Positions 25,420 to 39,312 of a stretch of DNA of 64,000 nt are shown piece after piece (the stretch's first letter is position 1; each line of letters opens with the position of its first letter). The position numbers and the translations under genes were made by a program. A model generated the notes under the pieces. The model had not been told where the DNA came from and did not search any database. It saw only the letters and a program-made list of their open reading frames with translations. The DNA is taken from NCBI GenBank assembly GCA_013239625.1, contig MU053873.1, positions 262,524 to 326,523 on the forward strand, written 5' to 3'. This stretch comes from Lama guanicoe. Lineage: Eukaryota.

Positions 25420-28400
25420 TCCATGGCCCCTCCATTATCCTCACCCTAACTTCTAACTAATCATGAATGCCTGTTGATCATACCTCCTTAATATCTTTCA
25501 AATCCATCCATCGTTCTCTAATGCCACTGCCTTTGGCTTAGCCCAGGTCAACAACATCTCTCCCAACTGCTGGGCCTCAGACTCCCGCTATCACTGCCTC
25601 TCTGATCCATTCTCCACTCTGGACCCCATGTAGCCTCTTATTAAATCTGACCACATTGCTCTACTGATTCGCCATCTATCCACTGATGACTTTCCCATTG
25701 TCCTCGGGATAGAGTCCAGACTCTCTACTGCCCGGCCCATTTCTGCAGCTTCATCTTGCACCAGACCCACTCGGCACTTGCAGTTCTCAGATGGGCCCTG
25801 CTTGCTCACCTCTGGACTTTGCCTTTAGTGCCCCTCCCCTGCTCCGAACCTGCAGGGCCAGGGTCAGCCCTGGAGTTTCTTCTGCCTGCTGGCCTCCCTG
25901 ACACCCTGGCTATGCTCTGTTCTTACCCCTTTGTAGCATTTACTGCATTAGTACCGTCTGGTCTACTTACTAGTCTTCTCATCCAGAGTGTACACTCCTT
26001 GAGGTTAGGGACAATATCTTCGTCATTTTTGTATTCCCACATCCTGGCATCTGGTAAGTGCTCTAAAATTATTGTCTGAATCAATGAATACATTTTGAAA
26101 TTGATTTTTAAGCCAGACACTGTGCTGGGCACTAAGACCACGTCTCTAGTAATATAAACATGAATAAGACAATTGTTTTCAAGGATTGAGTCTTATAAGG
26201 GAGAGACATTAAGCACATGATTGCAATATAATGCAATACAGTGTAATAGACATTTATTCAATTCAGCTGCAATACACATTCGTTCAGCAGTATTTACTGA
26301 GTGCCAGCTCTGTGCCTGGTATTGTTCCAGGGGCACATTAGTGAACAAACAAGATAAAAATCCCTGCCCTGTAGATTTTACAATCTGGCTGTGTTGCTTT
26401 TTGGCTTAATAATTTCCAGTGGCATCTCACTACTTTTAGGACAAAGTCCAAAGTTCCTACCTTGGCTTTTCATATATCATCAGTGGTTCTTTACCTCTAG
26501 GGAAGAAGAGGGGTCACAGATTTGTTGTAAGATCCCGATGAAAGCTCTGCACTCATTCCTTAGAAACATGCTCCCATCCCCATTCACACACCCATCCGCT
26601 GCAGCAAGCCAGTGAGGGGCTCCTACCCCGTGAATCTCTCCCAGTTAGAGTCGCTGCCCCCCAGGGCCTGGCTGGGTCCAGCAGCACTGGCCTCATCCCC
26701 ATATACTGCCTCTCACTCCCTGCCCTCTCAGGTTTCTCATACTTTGCTTCTTCTTGATTCTGGATGTTTGCACATGATATTCCTTCCGCTAAAAAAGTTC
26801 TTTCCTATCCACCAGCCCTCTTTCTGCCTAGTAAATCCCTACATGTTCTTCACATCTCAGATGAAAAATTATTTCCTCAAAGAAATATTCCCAAACCCTA
26901 TTCTGATTAAATTGGGTACCCCAATCATATGCTCTCAGTAGAGTTCCAGGAGATCAAGGGCATGACTCTCATCACAACTTGCACATAGTAGTTTAATATT
27001 TTTTTCAATGAATGAATCTTCAAAGAGCACTCTGCCAGTTGTGTAGAAAGGTACTGGAGGCATCAAGTGGATGCAGGATGAAAAGTCATGGTATTATAGT
27101 CATCAGGTGATAACCTGGGTACCAGTGCAGATGGAGAGAAGTCGGCAGTGAGAGAAGTATTTAGAAGGTAGGGTCAGAAGGATGATCAGTCAGATACAGT
27201 GGTAAAGGAGAGGCAGCAGGTCAAATAACGACTCCCCGTTTCTGGTTTAGCTAACTTCATGGATGGAGGTGCTGTTCTCAGGTAGAGAACAAGAGTTTCA
27301 AACCTGTAGTGTTTGGAGCACCTGAGAAACCCCCAGTAGGCATATTGAATAAGCAGCTATATCTGGATGTCTGGGGCTCAGGATGGAAGTCTGGGTTGGA
27401 GATGTAAATTCGAGAGTCATCAGCATATGGAGGCTAATTAATGCCATGGGTGTGGAAGAGTTTGCTTGCTGAGATCAGAGCGTGAGAAGGAAAAGGGGCC
27501 AGGACATAGCCTTAAGGGACTCCAACATTTAGAGATTAGTTAGAAGATGAGCCAACAAAGAAGATTGAGAAAGAGAGATAAAAGAAGTCTAGTATATTGT
27601 CCTCTAAAGAAAGCCAAGGGAAGAGAGTTTTAAGAAGCAGGAGTAGAGGAGATAAAAGAGGCGATGGTGGTGGTCAGTAATGTCAGGTGTTGCTGAGAGC
27701 TCAAAGAAGATAAAGACTGAACTATGTCTACTTGATTTAGCCACATGAAGGTTACTAGGTACATTGGATTAGTTGGGGCAGAAGTCACCTTGAAGTCAGT
27801 TGAAGAATGCATAAAAAACAAAAGAAATTGAGACGGCAAGTATACAGAGTTTTATAAAAGTCAAGAGGGAGTGACCAACTCAGCCTGGGGAATTTAGAGA
27901 AGGCTTCTTAGCAAAAGAGGGACATTGAGTTGGGTCTTGAAGAATGAGTAGTTCACCAGTCTGGAGATGATGGAGGAGTGAGTAGGAGAGGTCATTCTAG
28001 ATGGAAGGTTCATTAAGCATATTTAAAGACACTAAGTTATGGAAAAACATGGAAGGTATATGGGACAGTGAGAAATGCCCCTTTATTAGATTGGCTTTTA
28101 GGGTTAGGTGTTAGATATCCGAAATACTCCTGTTAAAAATGTAAATTCCTCTGGAATTATTACTGAATATAACGTGTAAATTAACTTATCAAATGGTCTC
28201 CAAGTGGTAGCCTGCTGAAAGCAGGGCCTCACAGGTTTTGGAAAGAAGACAGATAAGTATCAATGTAGAAAGAGCAGTTCAGGGCGCAGTACTTTGCATT
28301 AGGAAGTAGATCAACTTGGCGAGCCACGGGGTGGGCAGCCCCAGACAACAAGGAAGTATTGTGAGCACTTTTTGTGCCTGGGGTGAAAGTGCAGTGAATT

Positions 28401-30200
28401 TTGCTTACTTCAAAATGATTCGTCAGGTCAGATCTGGCAAAACATTTTCTCTTTAGAAAACCAGTCACTGCCAGCATATATTTACAATTAAGTGTTATGT
28501 ATGGAATCTTTGGACTTGGAAGTTCCCAGATCAAGGAATTTCATGGTTCAGAGAGGGTCTGTGCCCCTTTAAGTAAGTTAGAGCAGAGATGATAGTTTTG
28601 AGTCCTCTCTCTTATCATTTATTCTTTTTGCACAGTGAGAGGTAGATTAGCGGCAATTATAAAATAAATGCTGTTTAGTATAAATGTAGCTCCTGTTAAC
28701 GCTGTGATGAACGAGCAATAAGAAACCAAATGCTTAAAGAGACCACTTACCTCCAACTCTAGCAGAGCGGTGAGCTCTCTGACATGTTGGGAAGTATCTC
28801 ATGTCTTACTGAGATTTGTGAAGAGTTTGCCCATTGATTTACTTTCTCGATTTTCTATAGTTTATGACCAGGGTTCTGGACATGGTTATTCCCATTTAGG
28901 AGGTAAATAGGTATTCTCCTTAGAGTCATAACCACATATTTCCATTAATCTCTAAAAGTTATTATATCAGTTCTCCCTTCCTCTACATCTTCTAAGGCAT
29001 CATGTGACTTTACAATTCTGTAATTTATTTAACAAATGTTACTGAGCATCTTCTCTGCGTCAGACATTGGGCTAAGCACTAAAGATACAAAGCTGATCAA
29101 GACACACTCCACGTCCTCAAAGAGACCATGATAGGGGAAAACAAACTGGTTACAGATGAAATGATAGGTTCATGTGCACGGTGCTCTTCCTGGGGAGGCC
29201 TGGCAAGGGTTCAAAGGGGATGTGAAACTTGAACTAAGCAGCACAAGATGAGCAGATGTCCACCAGGCAAATTGCACTGAGGACTGATGTTGCAGTGTGA
29301 ACATCCTGCACAAAAGAAACGCAGGGACAGGGACATGAAGCAGAATACTCTGGAGAACTGGGAATCTTTCGGTGGGACTAACAGGCAGGGTGTAGGTAGG
29401 GTGGTGGGCTGGGTCAGACAGCGTCATTCTCTGAAGTTTGGATGTTGTACTGTAATGGAATGCCGCCCAAGGGTTCTAAGAGCAGAATTGTTTTAGAAAG
29501 GTCCTTAAGGCAGCAGAGTGAAGGATGAACTGGGGCAGAGAGACACAAGAAGCAGTGAGGCTACTTCAGAAGAGAACTGATCCAGGCAGGAACAGAAGCA
29601 TCAGTGAAGTCAGACAGGAGAGGACTCATGGGCAGATGGCTGAGGAGAGAGAACAAACGCCTGAATCTGAGCCCTGACGTGTCTCTGTCATTAATTGTAA
29701 TGTGCACAGTGATGGCAAAGGAAAGAAAGGAGTAGAGAATGACAAAATACCCAGGCTTCTGGTAATGTCATTGACTAAGATGGGACATAAAGAGGGTGGG
29801 TGGTACAAACATGGTGGGAAGGATGGATGGAGAAATAACTGACTCTGTTTTCCTGATTCTGAATTGGAGATGAGATGTCCAACTGAAGACATCCACCAGG
29901 GCACTGACTGTGACTTGGAGCTCAGCGGTGGAGGAAACTGCATCAAGTGCACATATAGAAAGTGTATTCACTCTGGACAAAAGATGGGATATTACCTGAG
30001 GTCTGGAAAGAAGGAGATAAAAGTGGATACAGAGATAGGTACATCTTTAAATATGGGGGCAGGAAGGTGAATGATTCACACTTGGTGGACTTAATCATTT
30101 CTTACAAAGTAGAGTTTATGTCATCTACTTAAAGGTAGGGGATTGGTCTTGGGTGGCACCTAAGACACTTACGTGGTGAAAGTATGGACAATGGGGAAGG
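25420..30200. mobile_element. Cluster of L2 relics in both orientations, with some unique sequence between them
   Basis: L2 tails (tctgaatcaatgaat, tcaatgaatgaat, cagcagtatttactgagtgccag, aacaaatgttactgagcatc) and internal motifs (ggagatgtaaattcgagagtcatcagcatat). Confidence 0.75.
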
Positions 30201-30951
30201 AGCCAATCAGACTTCTAAAACTGTTATCTATTGCTTAGGATCCAGATAACTTTGAGATATATTACCTTCAAATTAAAATATTTAAGTTTGACATATTTAA
30301 AAATTTCTCTTATTTTTACAAACATTTGAATGTTTACAACAGATTATTCTAAGAATATAACAAATGTTATCTCATTTATTCTTTGCAATAACTGTGTGAG
30401 GACAGGGAGGCTTTTATTCCTCTCTTACAGGTGTAGAAACTGAAGCTCAGAGAAGTGAAATGTCTAGTTCACACACTCAGTAAATGGAAGCCTTGAACAC
30501 AGGTCTCCTGATTTCAAATTTAGTGCTCCCTATAATTATCTTCTTCAACCCAAAAGGGAAAACACAGGGAGGAAAGTGTAGGAAAGGCCATCAGGGCTCT
30601 GTGCAGGGTTCTTAGGCTTCTGTCTGGGGTTGACCATTTTAGGGCATAGCCTCCTGGGACCTCAAACTAAAGCCAAAGCTGAGTTCATTGATTTTCCTTT
30701 GTAACCAATTTTTCCTCATGACTTTTCAATTTCTGTTAATCACTATTTCCCAGGCATCAAAGGTAGAAAACATAGTCACCCTAGATTCCTCTCTCATCTC
30801 CTAATGCCTACACAGAGTTCTTGTAATGAGTAAATGAAAATAGCACAGAGAGAGTGCCTGGTACATCTCACACGTGCAAGTCATTCAGTGACTGAGGGCT
30901 GTTACCATTCCTACTGCCACAGGTATCCCTTCGCCAGCCAAACTGGGTCCT

Positions 30952-31432
30952 TGTGGTGGGATGAGGAGTGGACCACCAAAATATGTCCACGTCCTAGTCC
31001 CTGGAACCTGTGAAAGTTACCTTATATGGCAAAAAATGGGGTGAGGGGGCAGTCTTTGCAAATGTGATTAAGGATCTTGGGATGGAGAGATTATCCTGGA
31101 TTTTCCAGGGGGACCCTACATATGAGCACATATATCCTTCTAAGAGGGAAGCAGAGGGAAATTTGAATACTGACAGATGAGGAGAAGACAGTGCGATCAC
31201 CGAGGCAGAGACTGGAGTGATGTGGCCACAGGCCAAGGAATGCCAGCAGCCATAGAAGCCGGAAGAAGCAAAGAACAGACTCTCCCGCAGAGCTTCCAAG
31301 GGAGCGTGGCTTGATTTCAGCCCAATGACAATGACTGTGGCCTTCTGGCCTCCAGGGAGAGAATACATTCCTGACATTCTAAGCCACTGAATTTGTGGTG
31401 CTTTGTTACAGCAGCCCTAGGAAACGAAAACA
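30952..31432 (+). mobile_element. MLT1D-like solo LTR (ERVL-MaLR)
   Basis: TG...CA termini. atatgtccacgtcctagtccctggaacctgtga and ggccacaggccaaggaatgccagcagcc motifs, ending tttgttacagcagccctaggaaacgaaaaca. Confidence 0.9.
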
Positions 31433-31855
31433 GTTACTCCCCAAACACACCCCATTCTTTTCCCACTTCTCTATTTCCTCCACACTTCAGAATACAGAAA
31501 TCTTCTCTAACTTACTCTCTTGAATTCTGAATAAGTCCTTCAATGTCAGTCTCTAAAACTATTTCATCCACAGAGCCTTTCCTACTCCTTTAATCTGGTA
31601 TGAGCATTCTTTCCTGAGCAAATACACACAGCATGTTTTGTCATTGTGTTTTCCTGGCAGCATTAATATTTGTAAACAACTTGCTCTTTACCTGGGACAG
31701 GGTTTTTAGTGCTTTAGGAATTCATTTGTATTGATATTATGATCTTTAGACTCTTTGCAATACTTTACACAGTGTCTTTCACACAGTAGGTATCAATAAT
31801 TCCTTCTACTACCTACGAAAGTATTCATTCACACAGTGAGTCACACATCCTAAAG

Positions 31856-32068
31856 CTGCACTGGTATCGTAGCCATTAGTCACACATGACCATTTAAGTT
31901 TAAATTAACCAAAATTAAATAAAATTTAGAATTCAGTTCCTCAGTCGCTTTAGTCACATTTCAAGTGTTCAATAGTCACATGTGAGTGTTCAATTCGTGT
32001 TGAACAACCAATTTCAGACATCACAGATACAGAACATTTTATCATCACAGAAGTTCTGTTAGAACTGC
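31856..32068 (-). mobile_element. MER3 hAT-Charlie MITE
   Basis: aattcagttcctcagtcgctttagtcacatttcaagtgttcaatagtcacatgtg...agaacattttatcatcacagaagttct. Confidence 0.8.
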
Positions 32069-32159
32069 TTTACAACAGCAATCTTGGTGTAATCCAAGCA
32101 AGCAAGTTTCCTAGGGACCATGGTGATAATAGGAATACAGAAGTTAGAAATCCATTTTC

Positions 32160-32790
32160 CTCAAAATGCAAAGACTCATTATTGTAAAACTGTCACAGTT
32201 TTCCCAAGACTGATTTATTAAATCAATGCAATCCCAATCAATATCCCAATCATATGTTTTTTGGAATAAAATGATTTTTGATACCTACTGTGTGAAAGAC
32301 ACTGTGTAAATTATTAAGGTGATTCTAATAGTCATCTAGAAGCAAAGACGTACAGGAAAATCTTTAAAATACTTTGGAAAAGAAGAACTATGAGGGGAAA
32401 AGAGTGGCCCTTCCAGGTAGCAAAATGTAAACATAGAGTAATTAAAACACAATAGTAGTAATATAGGAGGAGACATACGGAGCAATACAATAAAATGCAA
32501 CAGCAAGTCTAAAACAAACCTATCTATCTATGGGTTTTTAATTTATGATGAAAGTGGCATTCAACTTAGCAGCAAAAGGGCAGACAGTTCAAGTGGTACC
32601 AACACAATGGAAAAACTTTCTCACATGAGGGGGAAAAAATCCCAGCTACTTTAGGGAGCCAAAAGTAAAAAAGCAAAACTACTTTATTAGAAAAAGATAC
32701 AGAAAAACTTGTTAGAAAAAAACATGGAAAATTTTGTTTATAACTTTAGCATTGCAAAGACCTTCCTCAGCAAAATATAAAATGATAAAA
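32160..32790 (+). mobile_element. Old L1 (L1ME-like) ORF2 relic; appears to resume at ~34470-34920
   Basis: aatcaatgcaatcccaatcaatatccca and ttatgatgaaagtggcattcaa are decayed ORF2 motifs. Confidence 0.7.
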
Positions 32791-32792
32791 CT

Positions 32793-34445
32793 GTGGAAAG
32801 ACATCTCATGTTCCTAAATTGGAAGACAATATTGTTAAGATGTCATTACTACCCAAAGCAATCCACAGATTCAATACAATCCCTGTCAAAACCCCAATGA
32901 CATTTTTTTTGAGACTTTTTTTGAGGAATTTCTATTTTCAGAAATAGAAAAAATCATTCTAAAATTCATATGAAATCTCAAGGGACCCTGAACTGCCAAA
33001 ACAACCTTGAAAAAGAAGAACAAATTTGGAGGCTTCACACTTCCTGATTCAAAACTTATTACAAAGCTACAGTAATCAAAACATGATACTGGCATAAAGC
33101 CAGACATATATACCAAGGAACAGAATAGACAGCAGAGAAATAAACCCTCACTTATATGGTGAAATGATTTTCAACAAGGATGTCAAGAGCATTCTATGGG
33201 GAAAGGAAAGTCTTTTCAACAAATAGTGCAAAAGAATGAAGTTGGACTCATACCACATACAAAATTAACTCAAAATAGATCAAAGACCTAAATGTAAGAA
33301 GTAGAAACTATAAAACTCATAGAAGAAAATGTAGAAGGGAGCCTCATGACATTGGATTGGACAAGAATATCATGGATATGACACCAAAACCAGGCAACAA
33401 AAGAAAAAATAAATAAATTGGACTTCATCAAAATTAGACTTCTGTGCATCAAAGGACACTACCAAGAGACAGACAACCCATGGAATAAGAGAAAATATTT
33501 GCAAATAATACATGAGATTGATATCCAGAATATATAAAGAGCTCGTACAATTCAGCAGCAACAGAACAAACAACATGATTAAAAATTGGGCAAAAGATTT
33601 GAATAGGCATTTCTTCAAAGAAGATATACAAGTGGCCAATAAGCAAATGAGAAGATTCTTGACATCACCAATCATTAAAGAAATGCAAATCAAAACCACA
33701 GTGGAATATCACTTCCCATCCATTAGGATGATTATTGGTAAAACAAACAAACAAAAAACTCAGAAAATTAACAAGTACTGGGGATGATGTAGAGAAATTG
33801 GAACACTTGTGTATTGCTGGTGAGAATGTAAAATGGTGCAGCTGCTGTGGAAAACAGTATGGCAGTTCCTCATAGATTTAAAAATAGAGCTACCATATGA
33901 TCCAACAATTTCACTTCTAAGTATATACCCAAAAGACTGAAAGCATAAACTTGAACAGATATTTGTACACTCAATAGCAGCGTAATTCACAATAGCCAAA
34001 AAGTGGAAGCCACCTAAAGGTTCACAGATGGATGAATGAGTAAACAAAATGTGGTTCATACATACAATGGAATTATTTAGTCTCAAAAAGGAAGGAAATT
34101 CTGATACATGCTACAATATGGATGAACCTTGAAGATATTATGCTAAGTAAAATAAGCCAGTCACAAAAGGACAAGTGTATGATTCCAGGTACTTCATACT
34201 TATATGAAGTACCTAGAGCAATCAAATTCATAAAGACAGAAAGTAGAATGGTTGTTGCCAGGGGTTGTGGAGAGAGATGGGGAGTTAGCGTTGAATGAGT
34301 ATGAGTTTGGGAAAATGAAAAAGGTTCTGGAAATGGTTAACAATAATGTGAATGTACTTAATGCTGCTGAACTGTACACTTTAAAAAATAGTTAAAATGA
34401 AAATTTTTATGCTATATATATTTTGCCACAATAAAAATAAAAGTA
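32793..34445 (+). mobile_element. L1MB-like LINE-1, ORF2 3' part plus 3' UTR (decayed)
   Basis: ORF 33512..33787 (ISRIYKEL...[24 protein letters not shown]...[10 protein letters not shown]) is L1 ORF2. Ends in cacaataaaaataaaa. Confidence 0.95.
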
Positions 34446-34920
34446 AAAGTGCACGTGATTAAAAAAAGATGAAACTCTAAGAAAAACATATTTCTTGTGG
34501 TGGTTCAGTCTTTGAACAGGACAATCTGGAGGATTTATAAAAACTTCAAATACATGTATCCTCTGACCCTTCGTTATCTATTCTAGAGAAAAGTTCCCAT
34601 ATGCATACAGACTCATGTTTAAGGACATTCCCCGAAACAATGTTCCTAAAGAAAAGTGAAAACAACTTGAATGTTCTATTAATAGCAGAAAATTGAAACC
34701 AGAACACTTTCCTGCTAAGGAATACTATGCAGTATTTTAAAAGAATGGGGTTAATCTAAGTATACTGACAAGGAAAAATCTCTTAAGATATATGTTAAGT
34801 GAAAAAAGCAAGTTTAAGGAAAAGATATTATTATTATTTATGCTTTCAAAATATCCACAAATAAATGCATATATGTGTGTGTGTTTATGGTATATATGCA
34901 CACATATCTGTACATGTACA

Positions 34921-35226
34921 TAGTGCTGTCCAAAAGAAGCAGAGTGCAAGACACAATTACAAGCCACATATAAAATTTTAAATTTTATAGTAGTACATTT
35001 TAAAAAGTAAAAGGAAACAGGTGACATTAAATTTTACTAATTATTTACTCCAGTATATAGAAAATATTATTTCACTATGTAATCAACATAAAAAATGAGA
35101 TTTTCACATTTTTTATATGAAGTCTTTATAATCCAGTTTATATTTTACACTTATAACACATCTCAAATTAGCCACGTTTCAAGTGATTAATAGCCAGATG
35201 TAGCTAGTGGATATTGGACAGCACAT
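34921..35226 (+). mobile_element. MER33 hAT-Charlie MITE
   Basis: Termini agtgctgtccaa...ttggacagcac and internal aaaagtaaaaggaaacaggtga. Confidence 0.85.
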
Positions 35227-37538
35227 CTTGTATAAATGCGTGTTCTAAACACAATGTTAAAGGTATGGAATATCTTTGTTGGTAGTTTTTAAATTATCTA
35301 TGAGACTGTATTCATGTATAACTTGTCTAATTAAAGTGATGTTAAAAATATGAAGTTATGTATTAATTTGCTTATTCTGCTAAAATTATATCTTCTATTA
35401 ATTGATATGTTTATAATCAACATGCTTTATTACTTCATCTCTTTGTTTTCCTTTATTTCAATGTGATGAAAGCTTTATTATGAAACTACTTTTATTTGTA
35501 AACTGGAAAGGTAATAAAAGAACATAAAAAACCTTAAAGTTTGTTTGGCTTATCTTTTGCGATGATAAGGTATCCTAAACTATCATTAGATACTTTTCAA
35601 TACTTTCCTACCTTCAAATGCCTGAGTAATCAACTATTAATTCCGTGGTAGCTAAAGGTAGACATGTAAAACACATAGAAACACACTCAAGCACATACTT
35701 GAAGTAATTATAAAAATGAAAATGTTATTTTTGGTTTGTGGCCTGGAGGAGGAAACCTACAGGCAATGACATGATGGTGTTATTAGATGTGCTAAACTTG
35801 ACATAGGTTTGCTGATTCTTCAAAAAAGAGATGAACTGATAATAGATACAGAATTGGAAATGTAATAGCCAGCTTCTCACAGATTTGCTATGTAGGTCAT
35901 TTGCTTGAATTTGAGTCTGTATAAAGTGCTGTATAAAGTGCTTCAGCACATGTTGAAAGGAACATAGTATAACTGTAAGTACAGAAATGACTATAGAGAT
36001 AGGTCCCATAAAATATACAGGAAAAGACGATTCTGGTAATAAAGATGTCTGAGATGGAAGATCTCTATCAGTGTGATATCCAAACCCTTTGTCATGACGG
36101 CCTACGCTTGCTGGCAGGAAGGAGAGGGCAAAGAAGACGACCCTTAGGAGCTCTGGCAACCTCTGAATAGTTCTTCCATACAGGGGGAGGTGAGGAGGCA
36201 AAGACACATCCACTAAGAAGTCAGATTTTCACTTTAAACTGGCCCTAAGTTCACTTGAAGAGAAAAAAGAAAAAGAAAACTCCTAAAAAGAAGTAGCTGA
36301 GTGTTCAGAGTGAGGATAAGTTTTACATGAGGGATGGACACTTAAACTTAATTTTTATCTTACTTTTCCAGCAAGAAGTGAAACATTTTCAAAGTTTCTA
36401 AGACAAAATGAAAATAATCAGACCTCTCTTTCTGATCTACTTGTATTATTTTTTTTTAATATATTTGAATCCTTTCCTATAGTTAACAGAACTTTCCATG
36501 GCATCAATTCAGTTCACATCTAGTTATTTAATTGCTGCTTCCTTTTTCTTGATTTTATTTATCTATTTCAATAACAAATATAGTCACATAGTATGAAATT
36601 TAATCAAAATGGAAAATACAGGTATACAGTGTAAAATAAAGATACAGAAATAAATATCTCTTTGCAATCCCAGAGGTACTCAATTCCCCACCTAGAAGGC
36701 AACCACTGTTACCAGTTTCCTGTACATCCTTCCAGAAACTGTTCTGTTTTCCTTTTGAAACCAACTCTACCGCTTAAAAAAATGCTATAAAATTCACAAT
36801 ATTATCCTCTTCAGATTGTTTTACTAAAAGCTGGATCAGGCCTGGCCACAGCAAGAATAAATGAGGGAGTGGAGGGTTGTGACCAAGGAACACAGACCTG
36901 CCATCAGGGTCCCTCCTGGTCTCATATCTTATGGAGGCGGGCTTTCTTCCCATTCCTCCAATTATCCTCCCCATCTAGACGCCACAAGTTTTCCTCCTGA
37001 CTAAAGGAAAGGAAAGAGAACCAAAGAGTAGAGGGTAGGAAAGAGGTCAGGAGAGCAGAGATCCAGGTGCCACACTAAGTGCTGTGGTGGTGATGGGGGC
37101 AGCAGGACTACAGGGGAGGGGTTGTTTCAAGGTAGCGAGGAACACAGATGCGCTAACCAACATCTAACACATGGTGTAAACAGACACAAGCAGGACACTG
37201 TAGGAAGGTAGCGGGAGAAGGACAATGGGGGGGGGGGACTTCACAAATGAGCCCAGCACTGGTCCAGCACATCTGACGGGTCTCTTCTCAAAACAGTATG
37301 CATTTTCCCTGACTCATGAAAACCTAGAGCTGGGAGAATGCCAGGCCAGTGTGTTGAGGCTCAGTCAGTAGGGAAGTCTTTTAAAACCAATGTGGAGAGG
37401 AGAAACTAAGAACTTGTATACACACAAAAACATAGGGATTAATAATAAAAGTCCCACTGCAGCTTACAACTTGTCTTCGTTGTGAATCTGAGAAAAAAAA
37501 ACAGGAACATTTTCAAAGCTTTACTAATTAGTTAACAT

Positions 37539-37652
37539 CGGGGCTGCCAGGCATTGCTCACCTCCAGGGGGCGCCATTCACATTGCTGTTTATGTTTTAG
37601 ACCGCCCTAGGATTGGGCACAATCAACACAACCATGCATGGCAACTCTTCTA
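37539..37652. mobile_element. MER91-like hAT-Tip100 MITE
   Basis: ctccagggggcgccattcacat and cacaaccatgcatggcaactct motifs. Confidence 0.7.
37561..37574 (+). promoter_or_regulatory. Candidate CTCF site
   Basis: CCTCCAGGGGGCGC is one mismatch from the core CCASYAGRKGGCRS. Confidence 0.55.
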
Positions 37653-39225
37653 GGGCAAACATCACTTTTTCGGACTACCACTTTCTCAGTTTCCCCATCA
37701 CTAAGTTATTTTCTTGGGATACAGAATATTCCTTTGGAAAATATTTCCAAAGAAAAAAACAAACATTTAGAATATGAATGCATTTTCCTACAAACCCAAG
37801 TTTGTTGAGTATAAACTGCAGTGTAGCTATGCTACAGAACATGGCTAGATTCTATACCTGAAGTATGACATACTGTACATATTTTCCAACCTATTAAAGA
37901 TTTTCCATGATGGGGAAGGGCTGTTCAGTTTCAAATTAAACACTATTTATTTAGAAATGTAAGGCTATTTCAAATCAGCCTGGGCCAGAGAGTAGAGTGG
38001 GATAGTATTGTTGTTGCAGGGCATCTGGCACATTTTCACTCTGAGGCTTTCAGAATTTAAAGATTAAAAATGGAAAGTTTCTCCTTGTTTTAGAAGAAGA
38101 ATTTTTTTTTCTAATTTCCCCCAGGACCCCTCTTTTCACTGTCATTTTCTAATTCAGCAGTGTAAAGACATCCACCAGTTTGGAAAACAACAGGACAGTG
38201 GGTTATATAAAAGAATTGAAAAATGAGATGAGAAACTGATTTCTGTGAGTGTTTAAAGTTATGCCACCATAGTTCATAAATCCTGGTTCTAATATTCCTG
38301 ATTAGGAAGTGTCTAACCAAGTAAAATCAAGAAATACTCATCATCATTAGATACAGTCGTGTTTTGTTCTCTTCTCTGTGCTTTGCGTTAACTGTTGAAT
38401 GTACAGAAACCAATCTTTTAAGTTATTGGGTTGTTTGTTTTTTTTTTTGGTGGATATTGAGCTAATTCCTAGTGGTTTTTAGAATTTGCCCACATTTTCC
38501 CTTTTTGTGGAAATATTTATGCTGGGGATTTCCACTAAGGGAATGAGATTTAATTGAGCTCTTTTGGGGCTGGGGGTGGGATGTGTGCCGCGGGAGAATG
38601 TGGCAGCGGAGGCCTTATTTCTGTTAGTGACTTTTTTTCCTTGCCCTACTCTGAGAGTGTTTCCATGCACCCAGGACTTAATCTAACAGGTTCTCATAGA
38701 ATACTATGTAAAATAAGAGCATGTATATGAAAATGTTTGGCACATTATCTGGTACATGTTAATCTCTTAGTACAAACTGGTTGTATCTAGTTGAGCATTG
38801 CCTGATTTTGGTGAATATGTGGTTGCTACTAACGAAATGTGCCCTGAACTGGCATAGGGATTAAAAAAATCTAATTTATCTTAGGATGTGAGACGTTTAA
38901 GGGATCTCTGAGTGCTAAGTGAGAGTACATATTCAATAACAAGTCTTCTACTTCAAATTTCAGCTAGAAACTCCTAGTGTTCCTGTAAATGCAGCAGTGG
39001 CACTGAAAACTGAAACACATACAAACTGACATCCTCTCAAATCCCACCCAAGAAGCAATGAATAAGCTTGAAAAAATTATTCATCTGGTTATTTTCACAG
39101 TATAGGGCAAAGACTGAGAACTAGGGGGCTGGGTTCCATCACTGACTTCCAAGTTTCCAGCACAGTAAAAAAAAAAAAAAAAAAGGGGGGGGGGGAAAAT
39201 ATTTGCCATGTACCAAACAGCAATG

Positions 39226-39312
39226 CTTTGAGGATTAATGACATAATGTCTGTAAAGAGGTTGGAGCTCCTTGGAAAAAAGACACTACATAAATATAAAG
39301 TAGTATTAATAT
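39226..39312 (+). mobile_element. Ancient CORE-SINE tail (MIR1_Amn-like)
   Basis: tgaggattaatgacataatgtctgtaaagaggttggagctccttggaaaaaagacactacataaatataaagtagtatta. Confidence 0.55.

Noticed and set aside
32793..34445. Active L1 or intact ORF2
   Set aside because: It is 5'-truncated and broken by stops and frameshifts; only short pieces translate.
35725..36213. Longest ORF in the track (162 aa, minus strand)
   Set aside because: It has no recognisable domain, a non-ATG start and no obvious splice context. It is compatible with a chance ORF in an intron.
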